Virus record (IMG/VR): IMGVR_UViG_3300037606_000123
Location: 32,001 to 96,000 of that record
Source: a virus
DNA: 64,000 nucleotides
Direction: 5' to 3' (one strand)
The position numbers and the translations under genes were made by a program. The notes beneath the pieces were generated by a model. The model had not been told where the DNA came from, ran no database searches, and worked only from the letters and a program-made list of their open reading frames with translations. Each line of letters starts with the position of its first letter. Position 1 is the stretch's first letter. Below, piece after piece: positions 38,733 to 50,067 of this stretch.

Positions 38733-40620
38733 TTTATTAGAATTATCAAAATATACAAATATTTTGAAATCTGAAATACAAACAATGACACCAGCGGGAT
38801 TAAAAAAGATTTTTGCTGTGGATATAACAGCAAAAAATAGTAAAATTTTAAATATAAAAACAAGTAAACATGAATTATCGTGTTCACCTGACCATTTGAT
38901 TAAATCAAATAACGAATGGATAAAAGTTAAAGATTTGAAAATAGATCAAGAGATAGATACTAAATATGGCACTTATAATATTTTAAGTATATCTGAATTA
39001 GATTATACTGATGATTTATTGGATTTACATGTAGATACAAATGAATATTATACAAATGATATTTTAAGTCATAATTCAAGTTTAATTTCAAGTTTAGATT
39101 TAGCTTGTTACGGGGAAGAATTGAATAAACGTGGTAAAAGATTATCTAAAGGTAATTTTCCTAATAGAATTAATGGTGACATGGAAGTAGGTGTTATATT
39201 TAATACAGATCAAGAATTATATATAACACGAAAAATGGTGAATTTATCAGCACCAGTTAAAACAAATTTGGTTATCGATAAAATTCCATATAATAAAGCA
39301 AATAAAATTGAAGATAAGATTGTAGAAAAAATTGGATTTGATTTTAAAACATATAAAAGTTTTATTTCAATGAATGTGAATAATTTTAAAAATTTTATTT
39401 CATTAACACCAGAAGAAAAAAGAATTTTATTGGATAAATTATTTAACTTAGAACAAATAAATGAATTAAATAAAATCCTTAAAGAATTACAAAAAACAAA
39501 TTCTCGTGATATTACTTCTTTAAAATCACAAATCGATGTTTATCTTGAAAATATATCTGAATTACAATCAACAGTTGATGCAGTTTTAGAAAAAAATAAA
39601 AATAATAATTATACAAGATTAAGTGAAATTAGTAAATTATTAATTGAACATAAATCAACATTTTTAATTTTAGAAAATTTAAAAGATTCTATTCAAGAAG
39701 AATTAGATATATTTTCTAATGGTATTAATAAATTAAAAACAAAAAAAATAAATATTAACAGAGATATAATTGATATTGAAACAAAAATAGAATTATATAG
39801 TGGTGGTAAATGTCCAACATGTTTACACGATTTATCAAATGAATTAAATTTATTGCCTGAATTACAGGAAGTTTTAAATAAAACAAAAGAAGTATTAAAT
39901 AAAACAAACACAAAAATAAATGATGCAACTATAGAATTACAAAATTGTACAACAACACATAGAAAAGCTATCACAGATTTACAATTATTAACACAACAAG
40001 TAAATTTATTACAACAAGAACAAAAGTCTCTTAAAAGTGATAAAAACAATAACATAGAAGATTTTAAACTTAATATAAAATCATTAGAAACTAAAAAAGA
40101 AGTAAAAGAAGTTGAATATTTAGAAATTCAAAAATTAAAATATGTTTATGATATATTAACACCAATTTGGGGTGAACAAGGTATTAAAAGAGATATTATA
40201 GATTCTATTATAGATCCATTAAATGAATTTATAGAAGAAGATTTAATTCATTTAAAAACAAGATTTAGAGTACAATTAGATAATAATTTTGATGCACATA
40301 TTTATGAATGGAATGAAGAAATTGATACTGATACTTTAAGTGTTGGTGAAGAAAAGAAAATCAATTTAATTATTATGTTAGCATACATAAAAATGTTAAG
40401 AATGAAACGAAATATAAATGTTTTATTTTTAGATGAAGTATTTGCATCAATTGATATGCAAGGTATTGAAGACATATTAATTTTATTTAAGAAATTTGCA
40501 AATGAAAGAAAAATTAATATATTTTTAGTGCATCATTCAGAATTAAATGAATACTTCTTTGATAGAATATTATACATCAAAAAAAATACTTTTTCTTACA
40601 TAGAAGAAAAAATTATTTAA
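38710..40620 (+). CDS. sbcC: Split-intein C part fused to gp46/SbcC C-fragment
   Basis: CSPDHLI (block B), LLDLHV..YYTNDILSHN|SS (ends 39075); zinc hook CPTC; LSVGEEKK; Walker B FLDEVF; VHH. Confidence 0.85.
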   Translation: MLTIQINDLLELSKYTNILKSEIQTMTPAGLKKIFAVDITAKNSKILNIKTSKHELSCSPDHLIKSNNEWIKVKDLKIDQEIDTKYGTYNILSISELDYTDDLLDLHVDTNEYYTNDILSHNSSLISSLDLACYGEELNKRGKRLSKGNFPNRINGDMEVGVIFNTDQELYITRKMVNLSAPVKTNLVIDKIPYNKANKIEDKIVEKIGFDFKTYKSFISMNVNNFKNFISLTPEEKRILLDKLFNLEQINELNKILKELQKTNSRDITSLKSQIDVYLENISELQSTVDAVLEKNKNNNYTRLSEISKLLIEHKSTFLILENLKDSIQEELDIFSNGINKLKTKKININRDIIDIETKIELYSGGKCPTCLHDLSNELNLLPELQEVLNKTKEVLNKTNTKINDATIELQNCTTTHRKAITDLQLLTQQVNLLQQEQKSLKSDKNNNIEDFKLNIKSLETKKEVKEVEYLEIQKLKYVYDILTPIWGEQGIKRDIIDSIIDPLNEFIEEDLIHLKTRFRVQLDNNFDAHIYEWNEEIDTDTLSVGEEKKINLIIMLAYIKMLRMKRNINVLFLDEVFASIDMQGIEDILILFKKFANERKINIFLVHHSELNEYFFDRILYIKKNTFSYIEEKII

Positions 40621-41120
40621 ACATAAAATATAGTTAATAAATCATCAGGTTCTAATATATATGGAGCAGTTCCTAACCATGTTAAAGTTAAAGCATTTAT
40701 ATTAAAACTATAATCATCTAAATCTATAATTATACCATTTACAGTAATATATGATATATCATTAATTTGAACTGGTATAATCATAGTATGATTAATACCA
40801 ATAGTTGTTGTTATTAATGGAAATATATTAACACGTAATATATTCAATGCTGTTGGTGTATTAGAATTATTAATATTATTTTGTAACATTAATAATGCAT
40901 CTCTTAATAATATATGTGCACCTCTAGCTTCTACACTATTACTAAATTTTAATATTATTGTTTCACTTTCTGCATTTTGTTTAATATAAATACTACTATC
41001 AGTAATAGATAATGTACAACTAGGATTTCTAATTAAATACACAATAGCACCGATATTATTTCTAATTTTTAAAATAATATCAGTACTAATTGGAACTATA
41101 AAATTTACTTTATTAAACAT
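40617..41120 (-). CDS. Hypothetical structural protein
   Basis: C-terminal ITVNGI..YSF..LTW..LEPDDLLTIFY motif. Confidence 0.6.
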   Translation of the reverse strand: MFNKVNFIVPISTDIILKIRNNIGAIVYLIRNPSCTLSITDSSIYIKQNAESETIILKFSNSVEARGAHILLRDALLMLQNNINNSNTPTALNILRVNIFPLITTTIGINHTMIIPVQINDISYITVNGIIIDLDDYSFNINALTLTWLGTAPYILEPDDLLTIFYV

Positions 41121-41122
41121 TA

Positions 41123-42484
41123 TTATGACGCGGTTAATGTTATTATTCTTGTTGTTGTATTTCCAGCTAAATCAGAAACAATAAATGTTACAATATATGG
41201 TCCGAACGTAGAAATAATTGCAACCGGTGCAGATAAAATATCTACAAAACTTACAGATAAATTTGATAATGATATTGGTCCATCTATATCATCAATAATA
41301 CTTAATATACATAATACTTTAGCATCATTATATGTAAAATTATTTAAATAATCAGCTAAAACAATTGTAATTTCATCTATTACAACACTATTAGTAAATG
41401 TAATAACAGGTGGTGTAATATCTATAATATTTAATTGTGCATCAATAGTAATCATATTTGTAGATGTATTACCAGCAATATCACTAATTGAAATATATGC
41501 ATTAAATGTTCCTACATTTATTATATTTGGAATTATTGTTGTACCTTGTTTAAATACAATATTATTTATTAAGATTGCAATATTACCATCTGTTAAATCT
41601 GTTGCATTTAATAATGCGTAATCTATAAAATCTTGTTTAGTAAATACTTGTCCTGGATATAAAACTAAATCAATTGTAATTTGGTCTAAAACAACATCTA
41701 CTGTATAATTAATTACAGGTGGTAATATATCAGCAGCTTTTGGTAATAATCTATTAATTGGATCTAATAATAACCAATTAATTGCAGATAATGCTTGTAA
41801 CGCATGGTATTCAGATATAAAATCTAATACAATATTATTTGCTGATGCATCATCAATAACTAATCTATTTTGTCCTGGTATTTTAGAAACATTAATTATA
41901 TCAGCTAAATTAGTTGTTCCTGACAATTCATTATCTGAATTGTAATATGCTAATATTTGTGATGTTGTTTGATTGTATGTTTGTATATCATTGAATTCTA
42001 AATTATTTAAATATAATAATGCAGATATATCATTTAAATAATCATTATCCATAGCTCCAACTAAAATTTCTAATTGTACATTACAATTTGGATTTGGATT
42101 ATCTAAAACAATTGTTGGTATTGGATTAGATGATGTACCAGTTAAAACTAAAATAGTTGTAAAAGATCCTTTTGCATCTGAACTTGATTCATATTTCCAT
42201 TTTAAAAAATTAGTACGTGTTGATGTTGCAGCAGATGAATATGTTGGTACTACTGCTAAAAATGTTGGTTTTATACCTAACATAGAAAAAGATAAAACGT
42301 ATTCTTCTTGTCCAGCTGGAACTTGAATACTTAATCGTTGATATTGTTTGTAATCAATTTTAACATTACATAAGGGTAATGAACTAATTGTATTTGCTCC
42401 ACTTACAACATTAATTTTATTACCAAAAAAACGTATAAATTTTGTAACTGGCCCAAATATTGGACTTGATGAGAATATTGTCAT
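41123..42484 (-). CDS. Structural protein with C-terminal Ig-like repeats
   Basis: DILPPVI/DITPPVI and SDIAGN/SDLAGN repeats. Confidence 0.7.
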   Translation of the reverse strand: MTIFSSSPIFGPVTKFIRFFGNKINVVSGANTISSLPLCNVKIDYKQYQRLSIQVPAGQEEYVLSFSMLGIKPTFLAVVPTYSSAATSTRTNFLKWKYESSSDAKGSFTTILVLTGTSSNPIPTIVLDNPNPNCNVQLEILVGAMDNDYLNDISALLYLNNLEFNDIQTYNQTTSQILAYYNSDNELSGTTNLADIINVSKIPGQNRLVIDDASANNIVLDFISEYHALQALSAINWLLLDPINRLLPKAADILPPVINYTVDVVLDQITIDLVLYPGQVFTKQDFIDYALLNATDLTDGNIAILINNIVFKQGTTIIPNIINVGTFNAYISISDIAGNTSTNMITIDAQLNIIDITPPVITFTNSVVIDEITIVLADYLNNFTYNDAKVLCILSIIDDIDGPISLSNLSVSFVDILSAPVAIISTFGPYIVTFIVSDLAGNTTTRIITLTAS

Positions 42485-42526
42485 AATTTTTAATAATAAA
42501 AATGTATTTTAATTATATATAATAAT

Positions 42527-44776
42527 ATGACAAGTAACTTTTCTATTAACCATGTATTTGAATCAGATTTACATATTAATATAACTATAAATGATGGTAT
42601 ATTTACAACATTCGGTCAAACATTTATAATACAACATAACCCATCAATACAATTATTAAAAAATTTAATATCTTGGGATCATGTAGTATTAAATACTAGT
42701 TTAACAAATTATTTTGAAATTGAATATAGATCGAGTTTTGATACAATTACATGGACACCATGGGTAAACATGCCAAATGATTTTAATAACTTTTTAGATC
42801 CTAATACATTTGGTAATGTTTGGTTACAAGTAAAATATAAATATATTTCAGATAATACTGGAGTATCTATAGAATTAAAAGAATTAAATATTAATGGTAT
42901 AAGAACAGTTAATGAAATATTTGAACCAACTATTATTACACCTGGTGATGTTGTAACTTATACCAATCAAGACACATATAAAGTTTTTTCTTTAAATGAT
43001 TTTGAATTATTTTTACAAGATAATAATCCACAAGATTTAAATATAGCTATTAGATATACACAAACACAAGGTAGATATTGGAGTGATTGGGTTCCATTAA
43101 ATAGTGAAAATTTACAAAAGTTAAAATTTGAAAGATTAAAATTTGTAAATTTTCAATTTTCATTTCAAAATATAGGAAATGTAAATGTAAATTTATATGA
43201 TTTAGAATTAATAGGTGAATTTCAAAATGTTACAGCTAATTATGCAACAATTGCAAGAATGGGATTAAAAACACAATGTAATCCATTAGCAACAACATCT
43301 GCACCAACATGTGATGCAGAATTAAGAGCAAGTAATAATAATTGTGTTCCATGTTCTCAAGCATTAACACCATGGAATACAGACATTAGTGTATGTAATC
43401 CATGTAATAATTTTGTACAAATTAATGATAAATCATTATGGCAAAATCAAATAAAATTATATGCAGAACTAAATGATTTTATTAATCAAGTAAATTCGTG
43501 GAAAGTGACATATTTATTAACAGATGCTGATGGTAAAGGAATAGATCATTTATTACATGAACAACAAATACATAATGTTATTTCTAAAAAAGATATTAAT
43601 GTAATTATACCTAATAATCAATTTCCTGTTGATACTTTATATTTTTCTGGTTTAGATTTAGATTTAATACAGTCATTTGAAATACATATAACTAAAGAGT
43701 CATTTAAAAAAGTATTTGGTGTTGAATTTAGACCAAGTAAACGTGATGTTGTTTACATTTGTGACATTAATCAATTATGGGAAGTTGAACAGATGTTTCC
43801 GAAACGCGGTTTTATGAATGCAGAAACTTACTATAGAGTATTAATGAAAAAATACAGTGATAGAAAATCTAGACAATTTGCTAAAACAACTGAAGGTGAA
43901 GAAGCTAAATTATTTGTTGATGAACTTACAAAATATACAACATTAGATGTTTTATTTGATATTGATGTAAATGCAGAAGTTAAAAAGGTTACTAAAGATT
44001 TATTACCAATGGATATAGATAATCCATCGCAACAATATACAGAAAAAACAATTATGAATTTACGCACAAGTATACACAATAAAGTAAGTATTTTAGATAA
44101 TGAAATATGGAACGCAACATTAACAGTTGCAAAAAATGTATATGAAATGCCTGTAAAAAGTAGAAATTTAAAATTGGTTGAATATGTAAGTACAGATCAA
44201 ACAATGAATATTGCTGATAACCGTGCATTTACAATGTGGTTTAAAACACAAGAATACGATCCGACATATGATTGGACATTATTAAGCAATTATGATTATA
44301 GTAATAATACTGGATATAAAATAAATATTTTTTCAGGTGCATTGACATATCAATATAATAATAATGCATATTCAATACCTGTTGCATCGATGTTACCAAA
44401 TACATGGTATGTTATATTAGTTAATATGGATCAAGTTAAAAATAAATTAGAATTAGCTGTATATACAAGACAAAATGAAATTGGTAGAGATTTAACTAAT
44501 TCACAATTAGTATTATTTAATAAAATGATATTTGATATTATACCAGACGAATATACACACGATTCTAATTTATTTGTTGGTGGTTGTGATACATTTATAT
44601 CAACTGGTAATACAAAAAAATGGTATTTAACAAATATCCGTATTTGGAATGATGTTATTGAAAAAACTAAACGTACTATAGTTTTAAATGAAAATGTTGT
44701 TAATGACGCACAATTAACAATTATAGTTGATAATGCAGAAAGAGATTTTAGTTTACCTAAATACGGTAATTTTTAA
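42527..44776 (+). CDS. Virion protein; neck (gp14-like) central segment and C-terminal LamG-like domain
   Basis: EIHITKESFKKVF..RPSKRDVVY..QLWEV; FTMWFK..WYVILV..NIRIWN. Confidence 0.55.
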   Translation: MTSNFSINHVFESDLHINITINDGIFTTFGQTFIIQHNPSIQLLKNLISWDHVVLNTSLTNYFEIEYRSSFDTITWTPWVNMPNDFNNFLDPNTFGNVWLQVKYKYISDNTGVSIELKELNINGIRTVNEIFEPTIITPGDVVTYTNQDTYKVFSLNDFELFLQDNNPQDLNIAIRYTQTQGRYWSDWVPLNSENLQKLKFERLKFVNFQFSFQNIGNVNVNLYDLELIGEFQNVTANYATIARMGLKTQCNPLATTSAPTCDAELRASNNNCVPCSQALTPWNTDISVCNPCNNFVQINDKSLWQNQIKLYAELNDFINQVNSWKVTYLLTDADGKGIDHLLHEQQIHNVISKKDINVIIPNNQFPVDTLYFSGLDLDLIQSFEIHITKESFKKVFGVEFRPSKRDVVYICDINQLWEVEQMFPKRGFMNAETYYRVLMKKYSDRKSRQFAKTTEGEEAKLFVDELTKYTTLDVLFDIDVNAEVKKVTKDLLPMDIDNPSQQYTEKTIMNLRTSIHNKVSILDNEIWNATLTVAKNVYEMPVKSRNLKLVEYVSTDQTMNIADNRAFTMWFKTQEYDPTYDWTLLSNYDYSNNTGYKINIFSGALTYQYNNNAYSIPVASMLPNTWYVILVNMDQVKNKLELAVYTRQNEIGRDLTNSQLVLFNKMIFDIIPDEYTHDSNLFVGGCDTFISTGNTKKWYLTNIRIWNDVIEKTKRTIVLNENVVNDAQLTIIVDNAERDFSLPKYGNF

Positions 44777-45093
44777 ATATTACCAAATTCATTATTATCA
44801 AATTTAATATCTGCTAATAATGTTGTTAAATCTGTTTTTAATACTGATGTTAATTGTTTAGATAATGCTTTACCCCATTCTTCAGATATTTTTTTCCATA
44901 AATTTTTCTTGAATTCTTCTTCATCAAAATCTTTACTAGGTTTATTTGCTTTAGAATATTTATCTAATTCAGTTAACGCTTTGAAAATACCAGCATTTTC
45001 ATTTGTTAAAAGTTTTAAAATATTACTTTCCATTTTTGAAATACGTGATGTTACTTTTGTTTCAAATGAAATTTGATTTTGTGATTTAGCCAT
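44773..45093 (-). CDS. Hypothetical helical protein
   Basis: Intact ORF. Confidence 0.6.
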   Translation of the reverse strand: MAKSQNQISFETKVTSRISKMESNILKLLTNENAGIFKALTELDKYSKANKPSKDFDEEEFKKNLWKKISEEWGKALSKQLTSVLKTDLTTLLADIKFDNNEFGNI

Positions 45094-45095
45094 AA

Positions 45096-45647
45096 TTAAA
45101 ATAATGAATAATGTTGTTTAAATAAATCAATAGAGTATCTTGAAATTAAATCATAAATTATAATATTTTTTAATTCATTTATATGAATTATTATATTATT
45201 TTCTTTCATATTTAATTTTTCAATATCTAAAGGTACATGTTCTTCATAGTCATATGACATTAAAGGTAATATACATATATGATATGATGCAACATTACCT
45301 TTGTTTAAAAATATTGGTGCTAATATATCTAATTTTGTATTATCTGAAATTTTTAAACCGTATTCAGATAATAACCCACGTTTTAAAGCATCCACAGGTG
45401 TTTCATTTTTTTCTATAAGTGTAGACATTACATTAATAAATTTATCTATTTCAGGTCTTTTAATATTAAATGGTGGTATATTTTCGTATCTTAATAATAT
45501 TTGATTTTTTTCAACTAAATATGGAATACATACAACCATGTCTTGTTCTTGAATAGCTGTATATCCAGCTATATCTAATACTTGTAAATGACCTGCATCA
45601 AATGTTACTTTTGTTTCTTTCTTTTCTATGTTACTTAATAATTGCAT
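45096..45647 (-). CDS. Degenerate Nudix-like protein
   Basis: ETPVDALKRGLLSEYGL, a partial Nudix box. Confidence 0.5.
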   Translation of the reverse strand: MQLLSNIEKKETKVTFDAGHLQVLDIAGYTAIQEQDMVVCIPYLVEKNQILLRYENIPPFNIKRPEIDKFINVMSTLIEKNETPVDALKRGLLSEYGLKISDNTKLDILAPIFLNKGNVASYHICILPLMSYDYEEHVPLDIEKLNMKENNIIIHINELKNIIIYDLISRYSIDLFKQHYSLF

Positions 45648-45664
45648 GTTTTATATATGTATTT

Positions 45665-46021
45665 TTATTTAATCCAAATATCATTACTATCACCAAAATC
45701 ATATAATGATTCTAAATAATCATTGAATAAATCTGTAAAATTACCATCAAAACTATATTCTTGAAAAGTATCTTCTGGAATTGTACCATCTGCTAACTGT
45801 TTTAAAAAATCGAAATTATCAACAATTTCTTCTAATTCATATTTTACTGAATCATCTATTTTATTAATTAATCTTTTTAATTGATTAATTATAATATTAC
45901 AAATTGTAATTACTTGTGCTTCATCATCAAAATCTTCACCTCTCAAATGTTGTTTTATATCTAAATGGTATTTCCAATTTCTTTCATTAATTTGTCGAAA
46001 TTCATTAATTGTTGTAATCAT
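45665..46021 (-). CDS. Putative internal head protein
   Basis: N-terminal MITTINEFRQINE. Confidence 0.65.
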   Translation of the reverse strand: MITTINEFRQINERNWKYHLDIKQHLRGEDFDDEAQVITICNIIINQLKRLINKIDDSVKYELEEIVDNFDFLKQLADGTIPEDTFQEYSFDGNFTDLFNDYLESLYDFGDSNDIWIK

Positions 46022-46040
46022 GTTTTTTATTTTTTTGTTT

Positions 46041-46847
46041 TTATTTTATTTTTTCAAAATACCAATTGAACCAGTAGTATGTTGGTTTTTTTATTATATG
46101 TGTATTATTTTCTAATTTGAATTTAATAATATCATTATCTGAATATATTACTTCAATTATATTATTTTCAAAAACTGTTTTTAATTGACCAAGTTCATTA
46201 AAAACATTTACTTCTTTCATAATTGTTTTATATATACCTGGTTTAATTTTAAACCAGTTTAAAATATGGTTCCATATTTTACCAGTAATTCTAATACGAT
46301 CTTCTATTTTTAATTTTTCAATTTCAGTACAAATAAATTTCGGTTTTAATTCTAAACCAAATTTTTCAAATTTACCAAATATTTCAGCTTCACCAATATT
46401 AAATTTTATATAAAGATTAAAACCTATTCCGATATTTAATGGAACCATTTTTAAAATAGTTAATTTATCTATTTCAATTTCTTGAACACTATTTTTACCA
46501 TTTACATATGCTTGAATACCATCTGGAAATAAATATTGTGTTAATGCATTTACATAATACCACTGTTGTAATGAATTTTTTTTATCATAACCATAAACTG
46601 ATCCACCACGTTGCGCACTCCAACTAGATAAAGGAACACCATTTAAATGAAATGTACCTATTGATGTAATATCACCATGCATTAATGTAACATCAGCATC
46701 CGGATCTATATCTGGATTTAACCAATCTGGAACATCTATCATATCATTACAATTGTTATATTGTATATTCGTTCCACCCGTTGATGAACCATCTAATACA
46801 GGATTAAAAAATTCAAATACTTGTTCACGATTACATAAATATTTCAT
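46041..46847 (-). CDS. Hypothetical protein
   Basis: Intact 268-aa ORF. Confidence 0.65.
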   Translation of the reverse strand: MKYLCNREQVFEFFNPVLDGSSTGGTNIQYNNCNDMIDVPDWLNPDIDPDADVTLMHGDITSIGTFHLNGVPLSSWSAQRGGSVYGYDKKNSLQQWYYVNALTQYLFPDGIQAYVNGKNSVQEIEIDKLTILKMVPLNIGIGFNLYIKFNIGEAEIFGKFEKFGLELKPKFICTEIEKLKIEDRIRITGKIWNHILNWFKIKPGIYKTIMKEVNVFNELGQLKTVFENNIIEVIYSDNDIIKFKLENNTHIIKKPTYYWFNWYFEKIK

Positions 46848-46969
46848 ATTAATTATATATATTAATTTTTATGATTTATATTTTTTATATGTTATTTTTT
46901 ATATGTATATTTGTATTTCTAAACAATATATTATTTTATTGTAAAAAATATAAACCAATTAATATAAAG

Positions 46970-47191
46970 ATGGCAACAAAATCAAAACACAGAAAAAATC
47001 ACAAAGAGAAATTAGCAAAACGTAATACACGAATAGCAAATGAAAAAAAGATTCAAAATAAACGTATGCAAGAATACGTTAAACAATTAATGGCTGAACA
47101 AACGAATGAAAAATTAACGAGTGTAGCTGAAACAACTGATCTTTCTTTCACAACAGATACAGAAAACCCAACAGATGAAACCAATATTTAA
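46970..47191 (+). CDS. Small protein with basic N-half and acidic tail (start revised to MATKSK)
   Basis: K/R-rich first 35 aa. Confidence 0.6.
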   Translation: MATKSKHRKNHKEKLAKRNTRIANEKKIQNKRMQEYVKQLMAEQTNEKLTSVAETTDLSFTTDTENPTDETNI

Positions 47192-47732
47192 TAATATTCA
47201 AAATAAAAAACTTGACACAGTAGATGGTGTCAAGTTTTTTTCTCGTTCTAGTGCCGTTGTAGCGCACATTTGGATAAAACAAGGTACAAGTACATTTGTT
47301 CTAATTGGTCAACGTGGTAACTCTGGTGATCAACCTTTTAAATTTAATATGCCATGTGGTTATATGGATTGGAATGAAACATTAGAAGAAGCATTATTTA
47401 GAGAAGTGTGGGAAGAATGTGGTTTAGATTTAAAAAACTTAATATTTGATAATAAAGTGTTGTTTAAAGCTATTGATCAACCATGGTCTGTTAATACAGA
47501 TCCAAAAGAAAATAGAGAAAATATTTCTTTTCATTGTGGATTATTAATTGATATTGAAGATAAAACATTACCAGAATTATCTTTAGATAATATGGAACCA
47601 GATGAAGTATTAGGTATTAATTTTTGGGATTTAAATGTTGCTAAACGTATGAAAACATATGATTGGGCATTTAATCATAATGAAAGATTAATAGATTTTG
47701 AAAATTATTTAGAATCTAAATTTATATTATAA
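47175..47732 (+). CDS. Nudix hydrolase
   Basis: PCGYMDWNETLEEALFREVWEECGL Nudix box. Confidence 0.88.
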   Translation: MKPIFNNIQNKKLDTVDGVKFFSRSSAVVAHIWIKQGTSTFVLIGQRGNSGDQPFKFNMPCGYMDWNETLEEALFREVWEECGLDLKNLIFDNKVLFKAIDQPWSVNTDPKENRENISFHCGLLIDIEDKTLPELSLDNMEPDEVLGINFWDLNVAKRMKTYDWAFNHNERLIDFENYLESKFIL

Positions 47733-47754
47733 AAAAAGAGAATTAATTAATTAA

Positions 47755-48486
47755 TTAATCCTCTTTTTTATTTTTATTTTTTTGATATTCTTGTTCAACT
47801 ATATTTTTTTTCGTTTCTTCTTCTTTTTTTAATTGTTCTTGTTTTGCATGTATTAAATCTGTTAATTTAGACATATCAACAATTACGCGTTTATCAGCAT
47901 CATCTATTTTTTCTTCTGTTTGTTTAACAATTTTTTCTTCTTCATTTTCAAATCCATATAATTCAGCATATATTTTCCAGTAACTTTCACATTTATTTAA
48001 ATGTTCATCTAACACTTTCATATTAGCTCTTAATTCTTGTTGTGCTTTATTAACAGAATCAAACATTTCTTTACTCATATCACCACCATCAATTGATTCT
48101 TGTAATCTTAATAAATTTGATTCTGATATACTTAACATTAATAAAATTCTAGAATATTTTAATATGTCATTTTGTTTTAAATCTTTTAAACGTGGTGAAT
48201 CTAATAAACTTAAACTTTTAACATAAGTTAAAACAATATTATTTACAGATTGTTCTGCAAATTCTTTATGGTTTTTCATTTCATCAATATAATCAATATA
48301 TTTAATACTGTTACTATTGTCAGGAAAATCACCAATTTTCGGAAATAAATCATTTGTATTTAATTGTACAGGATCAGATTTTATTAATTCTTTTAAATTT
48401 GCTAATTTGCTTTTTGTTGTATCTAATGCAGATTTTTTAGAATTATTTAAATTATCGGGTTTTAAAATATCATCTATATTTGGCAT
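47755..48486 (-). CDS. Hypothetical coiled-coil protein
   Basis: Intact ORF. Confidence 0.65.
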   Translation of the reverse strand: MPNIDDILKPDNLNNSKKSALDTTKSKLANLKELIKSDPVQLNTNDLFPKIGDFPDNSNSIKYIDYIDEMKNHKEFAEQSVNNIVLTYVKSLSLLDSPRLKDLKQNDILKYSRILLMLSISESNLLRLQESIDGGDMSKEMFDSVNKAQQELRANMKVLDEHLNKCESYWKIYAELYGFENEEEKIVKQTEEKIDDADKRVIVDMSKLTDLIHAKQEQLKKEEETKKNIVEQEYQKNKNKKED

Positions 48487-48487
48487 T

Positions 48488-49777
48488 TTATTTCTTTTTT
48501 ACTAATTTTTTCTTATCATTATTTTCATCACCAAATAATGAATCTACTTCTGGATATGCATAACCTTTATTATCTTCTTCCCATTTTATATTTGGATAGT
48601 CTTTCAAATCTTTTAAGTTATATGAATATTTATTTAATTTGTTATTATAATTTAATTGTGTTTCAATTTTCAATTCAATTTTGCGTACTAATGTATTTAA
48701 ATGGTCTAACGCAATATTATTAATAATACCGATTTCTTTTTTATGTTTTCTTTGAAAATTAGAAAGTATAATTTTAAATACATATTCAATTTTTGAATGT
48801 TTATTTATATAATCTAATGTTGTTTCATTTTTTATTAATGCTTGATTAATTCTAAATTTATCACTATTGAAAAATTCTGGAACAGTAAAAATGAAATCAA
48901 TTATATTAATTTCATACTTTTGAATATACATATTAAATAATTTTGATATTAAATTTATATAAATCACTTCTCTTGTTGTACCAGAAATATCTAATTCATC
49001 TATATCAATACTTAATAACCATTGCATAAAATTAAATAATAATATAGAATATACATCAGAATATTCAGAATCAACTTTTAATTGCATTTTATTATAAATA
49101 GGATTTAATATCTCTAATGTTGATTCTTTATTTGATTTAATAAAGCGTATTATTATTTTTTCTAAGTTCTGTTGAAAACTATCTTTTTTTAAGAATGAGT
49201 TTTTTGCAAATGGATTTAATAATTTATAAAAAAATTCAGTGAAGTTTGTATTCTTTAAAAATAGTTTTGTGTCTTGTTCAGACGTGTTTAGGAAATACGT
49301 TATGGCTTTTAATTGTTTATCTGATAGTTTACCATTATAAATAATTGGTAGCGTTTCAACGCCAAATAAATCAGCATAAATTTTTAACTCTTCAATATCA
49401 TAACTGTATTTTTTACCATACTTACATATTGTTGTTAATATTAAATTATTTTTTGGAATTCTTTCATATTTAATATGTGCTGGTTGTTCATCAGGGAAAT
49501 ATTCAAAACAAAAATACATATTTGGTCTTAATAAATCTGTAACTTCATCAGGTAATGATAACAAATATGCCCAAGCATATTTATAATATTTTTGCATCGC
49601 TAAATCTACTAAATTTATAGGGTTTTGATTTATATTTTTTGGTCGTATTAACCAGTTACCATTTACATAATTAATCCATATTTTGGATCCTTGTACGTCT
49701 TCATATATAATGATTTCTTCATTAGAGATAAGTTCAATAAACTTATCAGGTTCAATTTGATTGTTTCTTATTAACAT
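48488..49777 (-). CDS. RNA-ligase-fold-like protein with motif I Lys absent
   Basis: YEDVQGS in place of EKxDGS; FCFEYF; ETLPIIYNG; EKIIIR. Confidence 0.45.
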   Translation of the reverse strand: MLIRNNQIEPDKFIELISNEEIIIYEDVQGSKIWINYVNGNWLIRPKNINQNPINLVDLAMQKYYKYAWAYLLSLPDEVTDLLRPNMYFCFEYFPDEQPAHIKYERIPKNNLILTTICKYGKKYSYDIEELKIYADLFGVETLPIIYNGKLSDKQLKAITYFLNTSEQDTKLFLKNTNFTEFFYKLLNPFAKNSFLKKDSFQQNLEKIIIRFIKSNKESTLEILNPIYNKMQLKVDSEYSDVYSILLFNFMQWLLSIDIDELDISGTTREVIYINLISKLFNMYIQKYEINIIDFIFTVPEFFNSDKFRINQALIKNETTLDYINKHSKIEYVFKIILSNFQRKHKKEIGIINNIALDHLNTLVRKIELKIETQLNYNNKLNKYSYNLKDLKDYPNIKWEEDNKGYAYPEVDSLFGDENNDKKKLVKKK

Positions 49778-49821
49778 GTTAGAATTTTTGTTTTTATTCT
49801 GTTATTTAATATATATAGTAT

Positions 49822-50067
49822 ATGAATATCGCTTCTATTAAAGATTATACAGAAAATTATTGGTACCGTGGATTTAAAAAAATGTATATTAAAGAATATT
49901 CAAATAACAAAATTTTATTTTCTAATAATGATATTATAAAAATTGAAAATAGTGATATATATTTAAATAATAAATTAATATGTTCTGATCCAGATATAAC
50001 AATAGAACAGTTCTTAGAATTATATAAATATATTTTAATAAAAAAAGGATATAAATTTACAGACTAA
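49822..50067 (+). CDS. Hypothetical protein
   Basis: Stop overlaps the next start. Confidence 0.55.
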   Translation: MNIASIKDYTENYWYRGFKKMYIKEYSNNKILFSNNDIIKIENSDIYLNNKLICSDPDITIEQFLELYKYILIKKGYKFTD

